From contig JAYZFK010000012.1 of NCBI GenBank assembly GCA_036336835.1, positions 1-16,390 of the forward strand: a DNA stretch of 16,390 nucleotides, in the 5' to 3' direction. This document shows positions 1 to 7,985 of the stretch, piece by piece. Origin of the DNA: Myxococcota bacterium (GTDB lineage Bacteria; Myxococcota_A; UBA9160; UBA4427). Made by a program: the position numbers and the translations under genes. Under the pieces are notes generated by a model. The model did no database searches. It was not told where the DNA came from and saw only the letters and a list, made by a program, of their open reading frames with translations. Every line of letters begins with the position of its first letter. The stretch's first letter is position 1.

Positions 1-1
1 C

Positions 2-733
2 GACGAGCTCGGTGAAGCCGATCCGGCGGCCTCGCTGCGCGCTGCTCAGGTCGCGCTGTCCAACTCGGATCTTCACGAGACCATGCGCCGCAAGCTGCAA
101 GCGCTGGTCGCCGAGCTCGAGGGTACGCGCGTCGAGCGGGCCCCGAAGAGCGCCCTCGAGGAGCCAGAGCGGCCCCGCCCGGCGTTGGACGAGGACGGCG
201 CCCTCGACTTTGATGAGATCGATTTCGACGCAGAACTCGAGATCGACGCCCCGGCGCCACCGCCTGCGGACCACGAGGGGACCCTGGCGGTCCTGATCGA
301 TCTGCCACGCTTCGAAGAGCTCGAGCTTGCCGAGGCGGTCCCCACGCGGCTCTCGGATGACGCGCTCTACCTGAAGACGTCGAAGGCCCCGAAGGCGAAG
401 ATCGAGTACACCGCGTTCGATGCGATTGCGGTGGCGGCAGCCGAGGGGCTCGGCGGCAAGCCCGTGTTGCTGATCGACCTGTTGCTCAACTGGAGCGAGT
501 GCACAGAGGGCCCGCTGCGCGCGGTCCGTCTGCGCAGCGACACCTTCGACGCCCGCGATCTCACGACCCGCTCGGCGCGAGCCAACGACGCGCTGCGCGA
601 GTTCGCCGCGCTGCTGCTCGAACGCTCGGGCGCCGTTCCGTTGCCGGACCGCGAGGCCGTCGAGGGGCGACCGTTCGCCGTCTATGAGTCGCTGGCCGAC
701 TACGAGCGCGAGGTCCTGCAGGTCGAACGCTGA
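2..733 (+). CDS. 3' part of a hypothetical protein (5'-truncated by the window); acidic/Pro-rich linker followed by a globular C-terminal domain
   Basis: The frame of ORF 83..733 is open back to position 2 (DELGEADPAASLRAAQ...). Codon usage is GC3-rich like neighbouring genes; TGA at 731-733. No family recognised. Confidence 0.75.
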   Translation, partial: DELGEADPAASLRAAQVALSNSDLHETMRRKLQALVAELEGTRVERAPKSALEEPERPRPALDEDGALDFDEIDFDAELEIDAPAPPPADHEGTLAVLIDLPRFEELELAEAVPTRLSDDALYLKTSKAPKAKIEYTAFDAIAVAAAEGLGGKPVLLIDLLLNWSECTEGPLRAVRLRSDTFDARDLTTRSARANDALREFAALLLERSGAVPLPDREAVEGRPFAVYESLADYEREVLQVER

Positions 734-739
734 GCAGGC

Positions 740-745
740 TACCCT
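740..745 (+). promoter_or_regulatory. Putative -10 element (TACCCT) for a leaderless transcript starting at about 752
   Basis: TAnnnT hexamer 6 nt upstream of GTG 752. No convincing -35. Confidence 0.4.
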
Positions 746-751
746 GGCGGC

Positions 752-829
752 GTGACGCAGGTTCCGTCGCTGCTGCGCGTGCCCGCTCCTGAGGTCAGTC
801 TGATCCGCGTTACGGTGCCGCGCAGATGA
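752..829 (+). CDS. Putative 25-aa leader peptide / upstream ORF ([25 protein letters not shown])
   Basis: Runs from GTG 752 to TGA 827-829, which overlaps the GNAT ATG (ATGA). Fills the intergenic gap and follows a -10-like hexamer. Confidence 0.45.
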   Translation: MTQVPSLLRVPAPEVSLIRVTVPRR

Positions 830-1413
830 GACGGCTGGCGCGCGGCACACGCTGCTATCTGCGTCATCCGAGTCGAGGCGACGGGCGAGAGCTGGTGGCC
901 CTGAACCAGGCGAGCCGCAAGCTCCACCGGAGCTTCGTCTCGCCTCCGGTCACCCTGCCGCAGTACCGGGCCTACCTGCGCCGCGTCGGCGAGGAAGCGA
1001 ACGAGGGCCTGCTGGTCTGTCGACACGATGACGATGCGATCGTGGGCGTCGTCAACCTCAGCCAGATCTTCCGCGGGCCGCTCAAGAGTGCCTACATGGG
1101 GTACTACGTGGGAGCGCCCTTCGAATCCAACGGCCTCCTGACCGAAGGCGTCGGGCTGGCGCTGCGGCACGCCTTCGGGCGCCTGCGGCTGCACCGCGTC
1201 GAAGCGAACATCCAGCCCGACAACGAAGCATCGCGCCGCGTGGCCATGCGCAACGGCTTCCGGCTCGAGGGCTACTCGCCGCGCTACCTGAAGGTCTCCG
1301 GCCGCTGGCGCGATCACGAGCGCTGGACGGCGCTGGCGGACACGCGGCCCGGCGACCCGACCCACCCAGCGAGCCTGGCCAGGCCCGCGCGAGGTCCGCG
1401 CCGAGCCGTTTGA
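826..1413 (+). CDS. GNAT N-acetyltransferase, RimJ/RimL family
   Basis: Motifs 'SAYMGYY' and '[52 protein letters not shown]' are typical of RimJ-like acetyltransferases. Confidence 0.92.
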   Translation: MRRLARGTRCYLRHPSRGDGRELVALNQASRKLHRSFVSPPVTLPQYRAYLRRVGEEANEGLLVCRHDDDAIVGVVNLSQIFRGPLKSAYMGYYVGAPFESNGLLTEGVGLALRHAFGRLRLHRVEANIQPDNEASRRVAMRNGFRLEGYSPRYLKVSGRWRDHERWTALADTRPGDPTHPASLARPARGPRRAV

Positions 1414-1439
1414 CACCGCCGGTCGGCATCCGCCAAGAT
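1410..1439 (+). promoter_or_regulatory. Putative sigma70 promoter for the rubrerythrin operon
   Basis: Perfect TTGACA at 1410-1415, 18-nt spacer, weak -10 CAAGAT at 1434-1439. RBS AGGAG at 1524-1528. Confidence 0.4.
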
Positions 1440-1537
1440 CCGGTTCCCAGCAGCGAGTTGAGCGGTGCCGCGGGCTGGAGAGACGAGGCTACGCGCCGCA
1501 CGCAACAGACTTCACGCTTGTACAGGAGAACCCGATC

Positions 1538-1963
<426 letters not shown>

Positions 1964-1978
1964 CTGGAGTCGCGCCAG

Positions 1979-2027
1979 CTAGCTCGTGCGATGGAGGCGG
2001 CTCTGCCGCCCCCATCGCACGAGCTAG
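1979..2027. repeat. Long inverted repeat / stem-loop (22-bp arms, 1 mismatch) bounded by CTAG
   Basis: CTAGCTCGTGCGATGGAGGCGG (1979-2000) pairs with CCGCCCCCATCGCACGAGCTAG (2006-2027). A second 8-bp hairpin, CTAGCTGG...CCAGCTAG, lies at 1960-1982. Confidence 0.9.
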
Positions 2028-2037
2028 AGTCGAGTCC

Positions 2038-3324
2038 ATGACCGTCGAAGCACCCGATACGCCCACCGTCGAGTGGTCCTACGACGACCCCGAGTTCTGG
2101 CAGGCTGAGGCGCTCGAGCGCGAGCTTCGGCGCGTCGGCGACATCTGTCACCAGTGCAGACGTTGCCTGCCGTTGTGCCCGTCGTTCCCGAAGCTGTTCG
2201 AGCTGGTCGACGCCACGCCGGACGAGATCGCCGGCGTGGTCATGGCAGGCTTCGACGAGGTCAACGAGCTCTGCTTCCACTGCAAGCTCTGTTACAACCA
2301 CTGCCCCTACACCTCACCGCACGAGTGGGACGTCGACTTTCCGCAACTGATGCGCCGCCATCAGCTCGTGCGCGCGCGCCGCGACGGCGTTCCGCTGGCG
2401 CGGCGGCTGACGACGCAGACCGATCTGCTGGGGAGGGTCGGAAGCACTGCCCCGGCGCTGATGAACTTCGCCAACACCAACCCGCTCTCCCGCGTCGCGA
2501 TGGAGAAGACGCTCGGCATCCACCGCGACTGGGTGCAGCCGTCGTACTACTTCGAGACGGTCGAGCGCTGGTTCCGCAAGCGGGGCCCCCGCGCGGAGGG
2601 CAGCAACGGGCGCGCCGTCTTGTTCACGACCTGCAGTGTGAACTACAACGACCCCCTCACCGGTCGTGCCGCCGTCGAGGTGCTCGAGCGCAGCGACGTC
2701 CGCGTGGACGTCTGCTACGAGCGCTGCTGCGGCATGCCCTTCAGCGACACCGGCGACCTCGAGTCTCTGCGTCGCAACGCCGAACGCAACGTCGCCGACC
2801 TGATCGGCCCGGTGGACGAGGGCGCCAAGGTGGTCGTCCCGGGTCCGTCGTGCTCGCTGCTGCTCAAGCACGAGTACCCGAGGCTGCTCGGGACCGCAGA
2901 GGCCCAGCGCGTGGCGGACGCGACCGAGGACCTGATGGAGTTCCTGTTCCACCTGGCCACGGCGAAGCGGCTCGACCGCGAGTTCAGCCGGCCCCTGGGC
3001 ACGGTCGCCTATCACGCGCCGTGCCATTTGCGAGCGCAGAACATCGGCTTTCCCTCGCACGCGTTGCTCAAGGCCGCGGGCGCGGAGGTGACCTTGATCG
3101 ACGCCTGCTCGGGCGTCGACGGCACGTGGGGGATGCAGGCTCGCTTCCATGAAGCCTCGCTGCAGGTTTCGGGTCCGCTGTTGTCGCGCATCGAGCAGAC
3201 CTCGCCAGATCACATCGCGACCGACTGTCCGCTGGCGGCGCTGCGCATCGAGGAAGGGCTGGCACGCAAGCCGGTCCACCCCGTCGTGCTGCTGCGCCAT
3301 GCCTATGGAGACGATCCGTCGTGA
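2038..3324 (+). CDS. Rubrerythrin-associated Fe-S oxidoreductase (GlpC/HdrD-like; two 4Fe-4S motifs plus CCG domains)
   Basis: CHQCRRCLPLC and CFHCKLCYNHC motifs; 'ERCCG', 'YHAPCHLR', 'DACSG', 'TDCP'; located between rubrerythrin and DUF3501. Confidence 0.92.
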   Translation: MTVEAPDTPTVEWSYDDPEFWQAEALERELRRVGDICHQCRRCLPLCPSFPKLFELVDATPDEIAGVVMAGFDEVNELCFHCKLCYNHCPYTSPHEWDVDFPQLMRRHQLVRARRDGVPLARRLTTQTDLLGRVGSTAPALMNFANTNPLSRVAMEKTLGIHRDWVQPSYYFETVERWFRKRGPRAEGSNGRAVLFTTCSVNYNDPLTGRAAVEVLERSDVRVDVCYERCCGMPFSDTGDLESLRRNAERNVADLIGPVDEGAKVVVPGPSCSLLLKHEYPRLLGTAEAQRVADATEDLMEFLFHLATAKRLDREFSRPLGTVAYHAPCHLRAQNIGFPSHALLKAAGAEVTLIDACSGVDGTWGMQARFHEASLQVSGPLLSRIEQTSPDHIATDCPLAALRIEEGLARKPVHPVVLLRHAYGDDPS

Positions 3325-4226
3325 GTCGAAACCATCTGGAGCTGTCCGACATCGTCGACATCGCCAGCTACGAGACCATCCGAGACGACTATCGCAAGCG
3401 CCTGATCGCCCACAAGGCCGAGCGACGCGTCGAAGTTGGCGAGCTGGTATCGCTCACCTTCGAGGACCGCGAGACAGTCCGCTATCAGATCCAGGAGATG
3501 GCTCGCGTCGAACGGCTGGTCGACCCGGCGCGCATCGCACACGAGATCGAGGTGTACAGCGAGCTGCTGCCAAACGAACGCGAGCTCGCCGCCACGCTGT
3601 TCATCCAGATTCCCGAGATGGACCAGATCCGAGAACAGCTCGACCGGCTGCTGGGAATCGACGGATGCGTGGTACTCGCGATCGACGGCGGCGAACAGAC
3701 GACTCGGGTGCGCGCCGTCTTCGACGCGCGCCAACTCGCGGAAGATCGGATCTCGGCCGTGCACTACCTGCGTTTTCCACTGTCTTCCGACCAGCGCGAG
3801 CGACTGTTGGCCGGCGCCGCAGCCCGCATCGAGATCGATCACCGCGCCTATCGCCACACGGTCGAGCTGTCGGACGTGACGTGCGCGAGCCTCTGCCGGG
3901 ATCTCGCGGGCACGACGCCCGTGCTGCTCGATCCGGCGGACGTCCCGCGCATCGCGCAGGCGGACCGCGTGATCGAGGAGCTCGGCGATGTCCTGCTGCT
4001 GGAGCCCGCGCACAAGGCGCGCGCTCACCACCTCGTCGTTGGCCCACGCGACCGGACCGTCACCCTTGCCGACTGCGATTCGGCGCTGCTCGCCGCGTTG
4101 TTCGAAGCCGCGCGCCGCGCCGCCAGCGACCTCGCCCGCCGGGGGATCGCCAGCCAGATCGTTGCAAACCTCACTCCGGGCGGCACCGAGCCGGCTCGCA
4201 TCCAGGTGATCTCGATCGACCGCTGA
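3321..4226 (+). CDS. DUF3501 family protein with a C-terminal degenerate HIT-like extension
   Basis: DUF3501 hallmarks 'HKAERRVEVG..VSLTFEDRETVRYQIQEMARVER', 'YSELLP', 'ATLFI', 'SAVHYLRF' and 'IDHRAY'. GTGA overlap with the upstream gene; about 105 extra C-terminal residues. Confidence 0.88.
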   Translation: MSRNHLELSDIVDIASYETIRDDYRKRLIAHKAERRVEVGELVSLTFEDRETVRYQIQEMARVERLVDPARIAHEIEVYSELLPNERELAATLFIQIPEMDQIREQLDRLLGIDGCVVLAIDGGEQTTRVRAVFDARQLAEDRISAVHYLRFPLSSDQRERLLAGAAARIEIDHRAYRHTVELSDVTCASLCRDLAGTTPVLLDPADVPRIAQADRVIEELGDVLLLEPAHKARAHHLVVGPRDRTVTLADCDSALLAALFEAARRAASDLARRGIASQIVANLTPGGTEPARIQVISIDR

Positions 4227-4233
4227 GCTGGGG

Positions 4234-5184
4234 CTACTGCTCGTCGCGACCCGCCTCGACGGCCATCCGGATGAGCGCGCGGACGAGCGTGCTGCGCTGT
4301 GCGCCTCCGACCAGGATCTTCAGATCTTCGTAGAGCGTGGCGTCGTTCAGCAACAGTCCGAGGCTGCCCTCGCCCCGATCGACCTTGGCCAGGATCGAGT
4401 TGAGACGCGCGCCGGCCTCGAGTACCTCGACGACCAGATCCTGCTCGGTCGTCTCGGTGTAGATCAGCTCGTGCAGGATCCCTTCCCCGGTGCGCACCTC
4501 GTTGAGGATGTTCTCGAGGCTCGCGAGCGAGCTCTCGATGCTCTCGACGCCACCTCCCTCGTAGCTGTCGAAGATCACACTGTGGAGCAGGCCGTCGCCC
4601 GTCTGCACCTCGAGCGTCATCTCGCTGAGTGCCGCAATCGCCCCAGCCGCCTTCGCGCCACCGCCGCCTTCGCTGAAGCTGCTGACGACCGCATCGATGT
4701 CGTCTGCGAGCCTGCCGACACTGTCGAGCGCCGCGCCGGCCTTGTTGATCAAGGCACCGAGCCCGACTGGCGTGATCGCCTGGATCTCGTCTCCATCGCG
4801 CAACGGCTGCGCCTGCAGCGTGCCGATGCTGATCTCGATGTACGAGTCGCCGAGCACGCCGATGGTGCCAACCGTCGCATGCGAATCGGCGCGAATCAGC
4901 TCGCGCACGTCGCTGTCGATGCGCAGCTCGACCTCGAGAGGGTGGCGTCCCCCCAGGACCCCGAAGTGGATCGCCTCGACGCGTCCCACCTCCTTGCCTG
5001 CCAGCCAGACGGGAGCGTTCACCTGCAGGCCGAGCACATTCTCGAAGTGCGCGAGCAGCGAATAGCGCGGCGCGAAGAAACCGCTCTGTGCCGACAGCGA
5101 CAGGACGACGGCCGCCCCGGCGCCGAGACACGCCACCACGAAGGTGCCAACGATCAGGCTCAGACGGCGTTCAGCCCTCAACAC
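4234..5184 (-). CDS. mlaD: MlaD/MCE family protein with a C-terminal helical extension
   Basis: N-terminal TM helix; MCE motifs 'F.NVLGLQVNAPVWLAGKEVGRV' and 'GTIGVLGDSYIEIS'; repeated 'G.G.L..L(I/L)' helical tail; follows mlaEF. Confidence 0.92.
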   Translation of the reverse strand: MLRAERRLSLIVGTFVVACLGAGAAVVLSLSAQSGFFAPRYSLLAHFENVLGLQVNAPVWLAGKEVGRVEAIHFGVLGGRHPLEVELRIDSDVRELIRADSHATVGTIGVLGDSYIEISIGTLQAQPLRDGDEIQAITPVGLGALINKAGAALDSVGRLADDIDAVVSSFSEGGGGAKAAGAIAALSEMTLEVQTGDGLLHSVIFDSYEGGGVESIESSLASLENILNEVRTGEGILHELIYTETTEQDLVVEVLEAGARLNSILAKVDRGEGSLGLLLNDATLYEDLKILVGGAQRSTLVRALIRMAVEAGRDEQ

Positions 5185-5983
5185 CTCCCCCTTCCCCGCC
5201 GGCGGAGGGTTCGTCTCCGACGGCGCCTTCCAGGAACTCCGCGACCTCGGGCAGCCTCCCGCGAGCCAGATCGTCGCTCGTGCCCTGCTCCGCCAGCACG
5301 CCGTGCGCCAGCAGCGCGACCCGATCCGAGATATCGCGGCACAGCTGCACGTCGTGCGTAACCACGACCGAGGTCACGCGCAGCCGCTCCTGGAGCTCGC
5401 GAATCAGCGCTCCGATTCGCCTCGAGTTCGCCGGGTCGAGCCCGGGCGTGGGCTCATCGGATAGGATCGTACTCGGCTCGAGCGCAATGGCTCGCGCGAC
5501 CCCGACCCGCTTGCGCATGCCGCCGGACAGCGCCGCGGGCTCGAGCGACTCCACGCCGGGCAGCCCCACGGCGTCGAGGCACGCCGCGACGCGCGACCCG
5601 ATCTGCGCCTCGGTCCAGCGCTCGTGTTCACGCAGGGGATAGGCCACGTTCTCGTACACGCTGAGCGAATCGAACAGCGCGGAGCCCTGGAACACGTAGC
5701 CAACCTGCTTGCGCAGCCCGATCCACTCGGCTTCGCGCAGGTGCGTGGCATCCTGACCGTCGAAGCACAGGATTCCAGCATCGGCCTCGAGCAGACCGAT
5801 CACGTGCTTGAGCAGCACGCTCTTGCCCGAACCCGAGCCGCCGAGAATGGTGAACACCTCGCCCCGCTGGACGCGCAGGTCGATGCTCCGCAGCACCCGA
5901 TTGGAGCCGAACGATTTCTCGAGTCCGGAGAGCTCGATAAGGGGCGCCTCCACGGCGCGCGAGGTACCGACCGTTTCGCTCAT
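5171..5983 (-). CDS. mlaF: ABC transporter ATP-binding protein, MlaF/Mkl family
   Basis: True start is ATG 5983 (MSETVG...), overlapping the mlaE stop. Walker A GGSGSGKS, Q-loop 'VFQGSALFDS', signature LSGGM, Walker B 'ILSDEP', H-loop 'VTHD'. Confidence 0.93.
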   Translation of the reverse strand: MSETVGTSRAVEAPLIELSGLEKSFGSNRVLRSIDLRVQRGEVFTILGGSGSGKSVLLKHVIGLLEADAGILCFDGQDATHLREAEWIGLRKQVGYVFQGSALFDSLSVYENVAYPLREHERWTEAQIGSRVAACLDAVGLPGVESLEPAALSGGMRKRVGVARAIALEPSTILSDEPTPGLDPANSRRIGALIRELQERLRVTSVVVTHDVQLCRDISDRVALLAHGVLAEQGTSDDLARGRLPEVAEFLEGAVGDEPSAGGEGGGVEG

Positions 5984-6771
5984 AGCATCAGGAACAGCTT
6001 GCTCAAGAAGAAGTTCGAGATGAATACCGAGATCGAAGCGATCACCACGGCGCGCGTCGTCGCCCGACCAACACCGACCGTTCCGCCGGTGGTCGTGAGC
6101 CCCATGTAGCAACCGACCGCCGCGATGAGCCAGCCGAACGCGAACGTCTTGCCGAAGCCCTGGAGGAAGTCGGCGAGGGTAACGGTCGACATCACCGTGC
6201 TGAGATAGAAGTCCGGGCTGATGCCGTTCTGCGCGGAGATCAGCATTCCGCCGAGCACACCGAGCACATCCGCGACGATCGTGAGCAGCGGAAGCCCGAG
6301 CGTGCAGGCGAGTACACGCGGCACGACGAGCTTCTGCACCGGGTCGGCGCCCATGGCGCGGATCGCGTCGACCTGCTCGGTGACGGCCATCGAGCCGAGC
6401 TCGGCGGTAATCCCCGCGCCGACTCGGCCCGACACCATCAGCGCGGTCAGCACCGGGCCGAGTTCGAGCACGATGGCGAGCCCGACGAAGCTCCCCGTGT
6501 AGGGCTTCGCGCCGAAACGAGACAGCGACACGACCGCCTGCAGGCCCAGCACCATGCCGGTGAACAAGGCCGTCACAGCGACGATCGAGAGCGAGCGCAC
6601 CGCGATCGACTCGAACTGCTGCAGCGCGGCGCGCAGCGGGAAGCGGCGTGCGAACAGCGCCCGGGCGGTCCGCACACCGAGCTGCACAAAGTTTCCCACC
6701 TGCTCGACGGCCCCGAGCGCGCGATCGCCCACACCGGCCAGTCCCTGCTCGAGCGACAGCGGCGCGCTCAT
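5980..6771 (-). CDS. mlaE: ABC transporter permease, MlaE family
   Basis: 'ELGPVLTALMVSGRVGAGITAELGSMAVTEQVDAIRAMGADPVQKLVVPR' and 'GGTVGVGRATTRAVV'. Confidence 0.96.
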   Translation of the reverse strand: MSAPLSLEQGLAGVGDRALGAVEQVGNFVQLGVRTARALFARRFPLRAALQQFESIAVRSLSIVAVTALFTGMVLGLQAVVSLSRFGAKPYTGSFVGLAIVLELGPVLTALMVSGRVGAGITAELGSMAVTEQVDAIRAMGADPVQKLVVPRVLACTLGLPLLTIVADVLGVLGGMLISAQNGISPDFYLSTVMSTVTLADFLQGFGKTFAFGWLIAAVGCYMGLTTTGGTVGVGRATTRAVVIASISVFISNFFLSKLFLML

Positions 6772-7298
6772 CGATCACCCCCCTCGCGCTGGAAGCTCTC
6801 CCACCACTGATCGAACCAGACGGCCTCTGCGGGTCGGCCAGTGGCGACCCACAGCCAGTCGAAGGTACAGCTGCCGGCGGCCAGCGTGACCGCCCGGACG
6901 GTGAACTCGCGCTCTTCCTCCAGGGTCCGGAAGACCAGCTTCCAGCCCGAGTCCGGGCCGAGCTCGATCGGATGCGATGCGATCAGCTCCCGCTCGCCGA
7001 TGCCGATCAGCAGCTGCCGAGCCAGCAGCGACGGAGGTGCTGGCCCGCGCGCGCACTCGGACATCAGCGCCAGGCTCGAGCCGTCGCGATGTCGATAGGC
7101 CAGGTCGGCGCCGTCGATCGCGAGGGCCTCCCAGACGAGCGGCGAGACCGCGGGCGCATCGACCGTATAGCCGAGCTGGGGATGCACCCAGCGCCCTCCG
7201 GAAGCGGGCAGCAGTGCGCTCTGACATCCGACGCCGACCCACAAGCCGGCAATCGACGCCAGCGCAACGACGCGCGAGCCCGTTTGGCGACGAGGCAT
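6768..7298 (-). CDS. Hypothetical lipoprotein, first gene of the mlaEFD operon
   Basis: Likely start is ATG 7298. MPRRQTGSRVVALASIAGLWVGVG-C has a basic N-region, hydrophobic core and lipobox-like Cys. Its stop overlaps the mlaE ATG (ATGA). Confidence 0.75.
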   Translation of the reverse strand: MPRRQTGSRVVALASIAGLWVGVGCQSALLPASGGRWVHPQLGYTVDAPAVSPLVWEALAIDGADLAYRHRDGSSLALMSECARGPAPPSLLARQLLIGIGERELIASHPIELGPDSGWKLVFRTLEEEREFTVRAVTLAAGSCTFDWLWVATGRPAEAVWFDQWWESFQREGGDR

Positions 7299-7364
7299 CT
7301 CCCCGACGCTACCCCATCCCGGGGGCCCATTGACTCTCGGCGGCTGCGGGGTTACCCCGCCCCC
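7299..7364. promoter_or_regulatory. Compact divergent promoter region (lipoprotein-mla operon versus maf operon)
   Basis: Minus strand: TAGCGT (7311-7306) lies 7 nt before ATG 7298. Plus strand: TTGACT (7330-7335), 17-nt spacer, TACCCC (7353-7358), 6 nt before ATG 7365. Confidence 0.45.
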
Positions 7365-7985
7365 ATGGCCCATCGGCAGCCGTCGCTCGTGCTCGCCAGC
7401 GGCTCACCACGCCGGCGTCGGCTACTCGAGAGGGCGGGTATCGGCTTCACTGTGCGGGCCGCCGATATCCCCGAAGAGCGCGCCCCGGGCGAGCCACCGG
7501 AGGAGTTCGCGCTCCGCCTCGCCAGAGAGAAGGCGCTCGCCACGTCACACGCCCTCGCGGACCCCGACGCCGCCCACCGCGCGGTGCTCGCCGCAGACAC
7601 GATCGTCGTGATCGACGACCTCGTGCTCGGCAAGCCGCGCAACGCCGAGCACGCCGTGGGCATGCTCGGGCAACTGGTCGGGCGCAGCCACGTCGTGACC
7701 ACGGCCGTCGCCGTGGTCGCGGGTGCCCAGCTCGCGGTACGCAGTCTGGCCGTCCACAGCCGCGTGCATATGCGCGCCGCCGGCGAGGCCGAGATTCGGG
7801 CCTACGTCGCGACGGGCGAGCCGCTCGACAAGGCGGGCGCGTACGCGTTGCAGGGCGAGGGACGCCGCTTCGTCGAGGCCGTGGAGGGCAGCGAGAGCAA
7901 CGTCATCGGCCTGCCCATCGAGGAGACGCTCGAGCTGCTGCACGCGGTGGGAGTCGACGCGGACCGTGCGCGGGACACGTCGTGA
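7365..7985 (+). CDS. maf: Maf family nucleoside triphosphate pyrophosphatase (YhdE-like)
   Basis: True start is ATG 7365 (MAHRQPS). Motifs 'LVLASGSPRRR', 'LAREKA', 'AADTIV', 'LGKP', 'DKAGAYALQG' and 'SNVIGLP'. Confidence 0.95.
   Translation: MAHRQPSLVLASGSPRRRRLLERAGIGFTVRAADIPEERAPGEPPEEFALRLAREKALATSHALADPDAAHRAVLAADTIVVIDDLVLGKPRNAEHAVGMLGQLVGRSHVVTTAVAVVAGAQLAVRSLAVHSRVHMRAAGEAEIRAYVATGEPLDKAGAYALQGEGRRFVEAVEGSESNVIGLPIEETLELLHAVGVDADRARDTS

Noticed and set aside
1979..2027. Rho-independent terminator
   Set aside because: No U-tract on either strand, and it lies inside a conserved co-oriented gene triad. Kept as a repeat instead.
4227..4233. Terminators between convergent genes (4227-4233 and 16088-16094)
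   Set aside because: The gaps are only 7 nt, with no hairpin plus U-tract.
2154..4333. Long alternative-frame and antisense ORFs (e.g. 2154..3152, 2314..3300, 3149..4333; similarly 7903..9567, 10990..12075, 14885..16303)
   Set aside because: They overlap well-supported genes, are Arg/Ala/Pro-rich or simple antisense shadows, and are expected from the scarcity of stop codons at high GC.
5984..6778. Apparent 265-aa N-terminal extension of MlaF (ORF 5171..6778)
   Set aside because: It overlaps mlaE in another frame and has no protein-like pattern. ATG 5983 gives a normal MlaF with an ATGA overlap.
6648..7364. Apparent long N-terminal extension of Maf; likewise for ProC (8479), FmdB (10088), GcvH (12355) and GcvPA (12279)
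   Set aside because: ORF-caller artefacts overlapping other genes. Family homology begins at the downstream starts listed.
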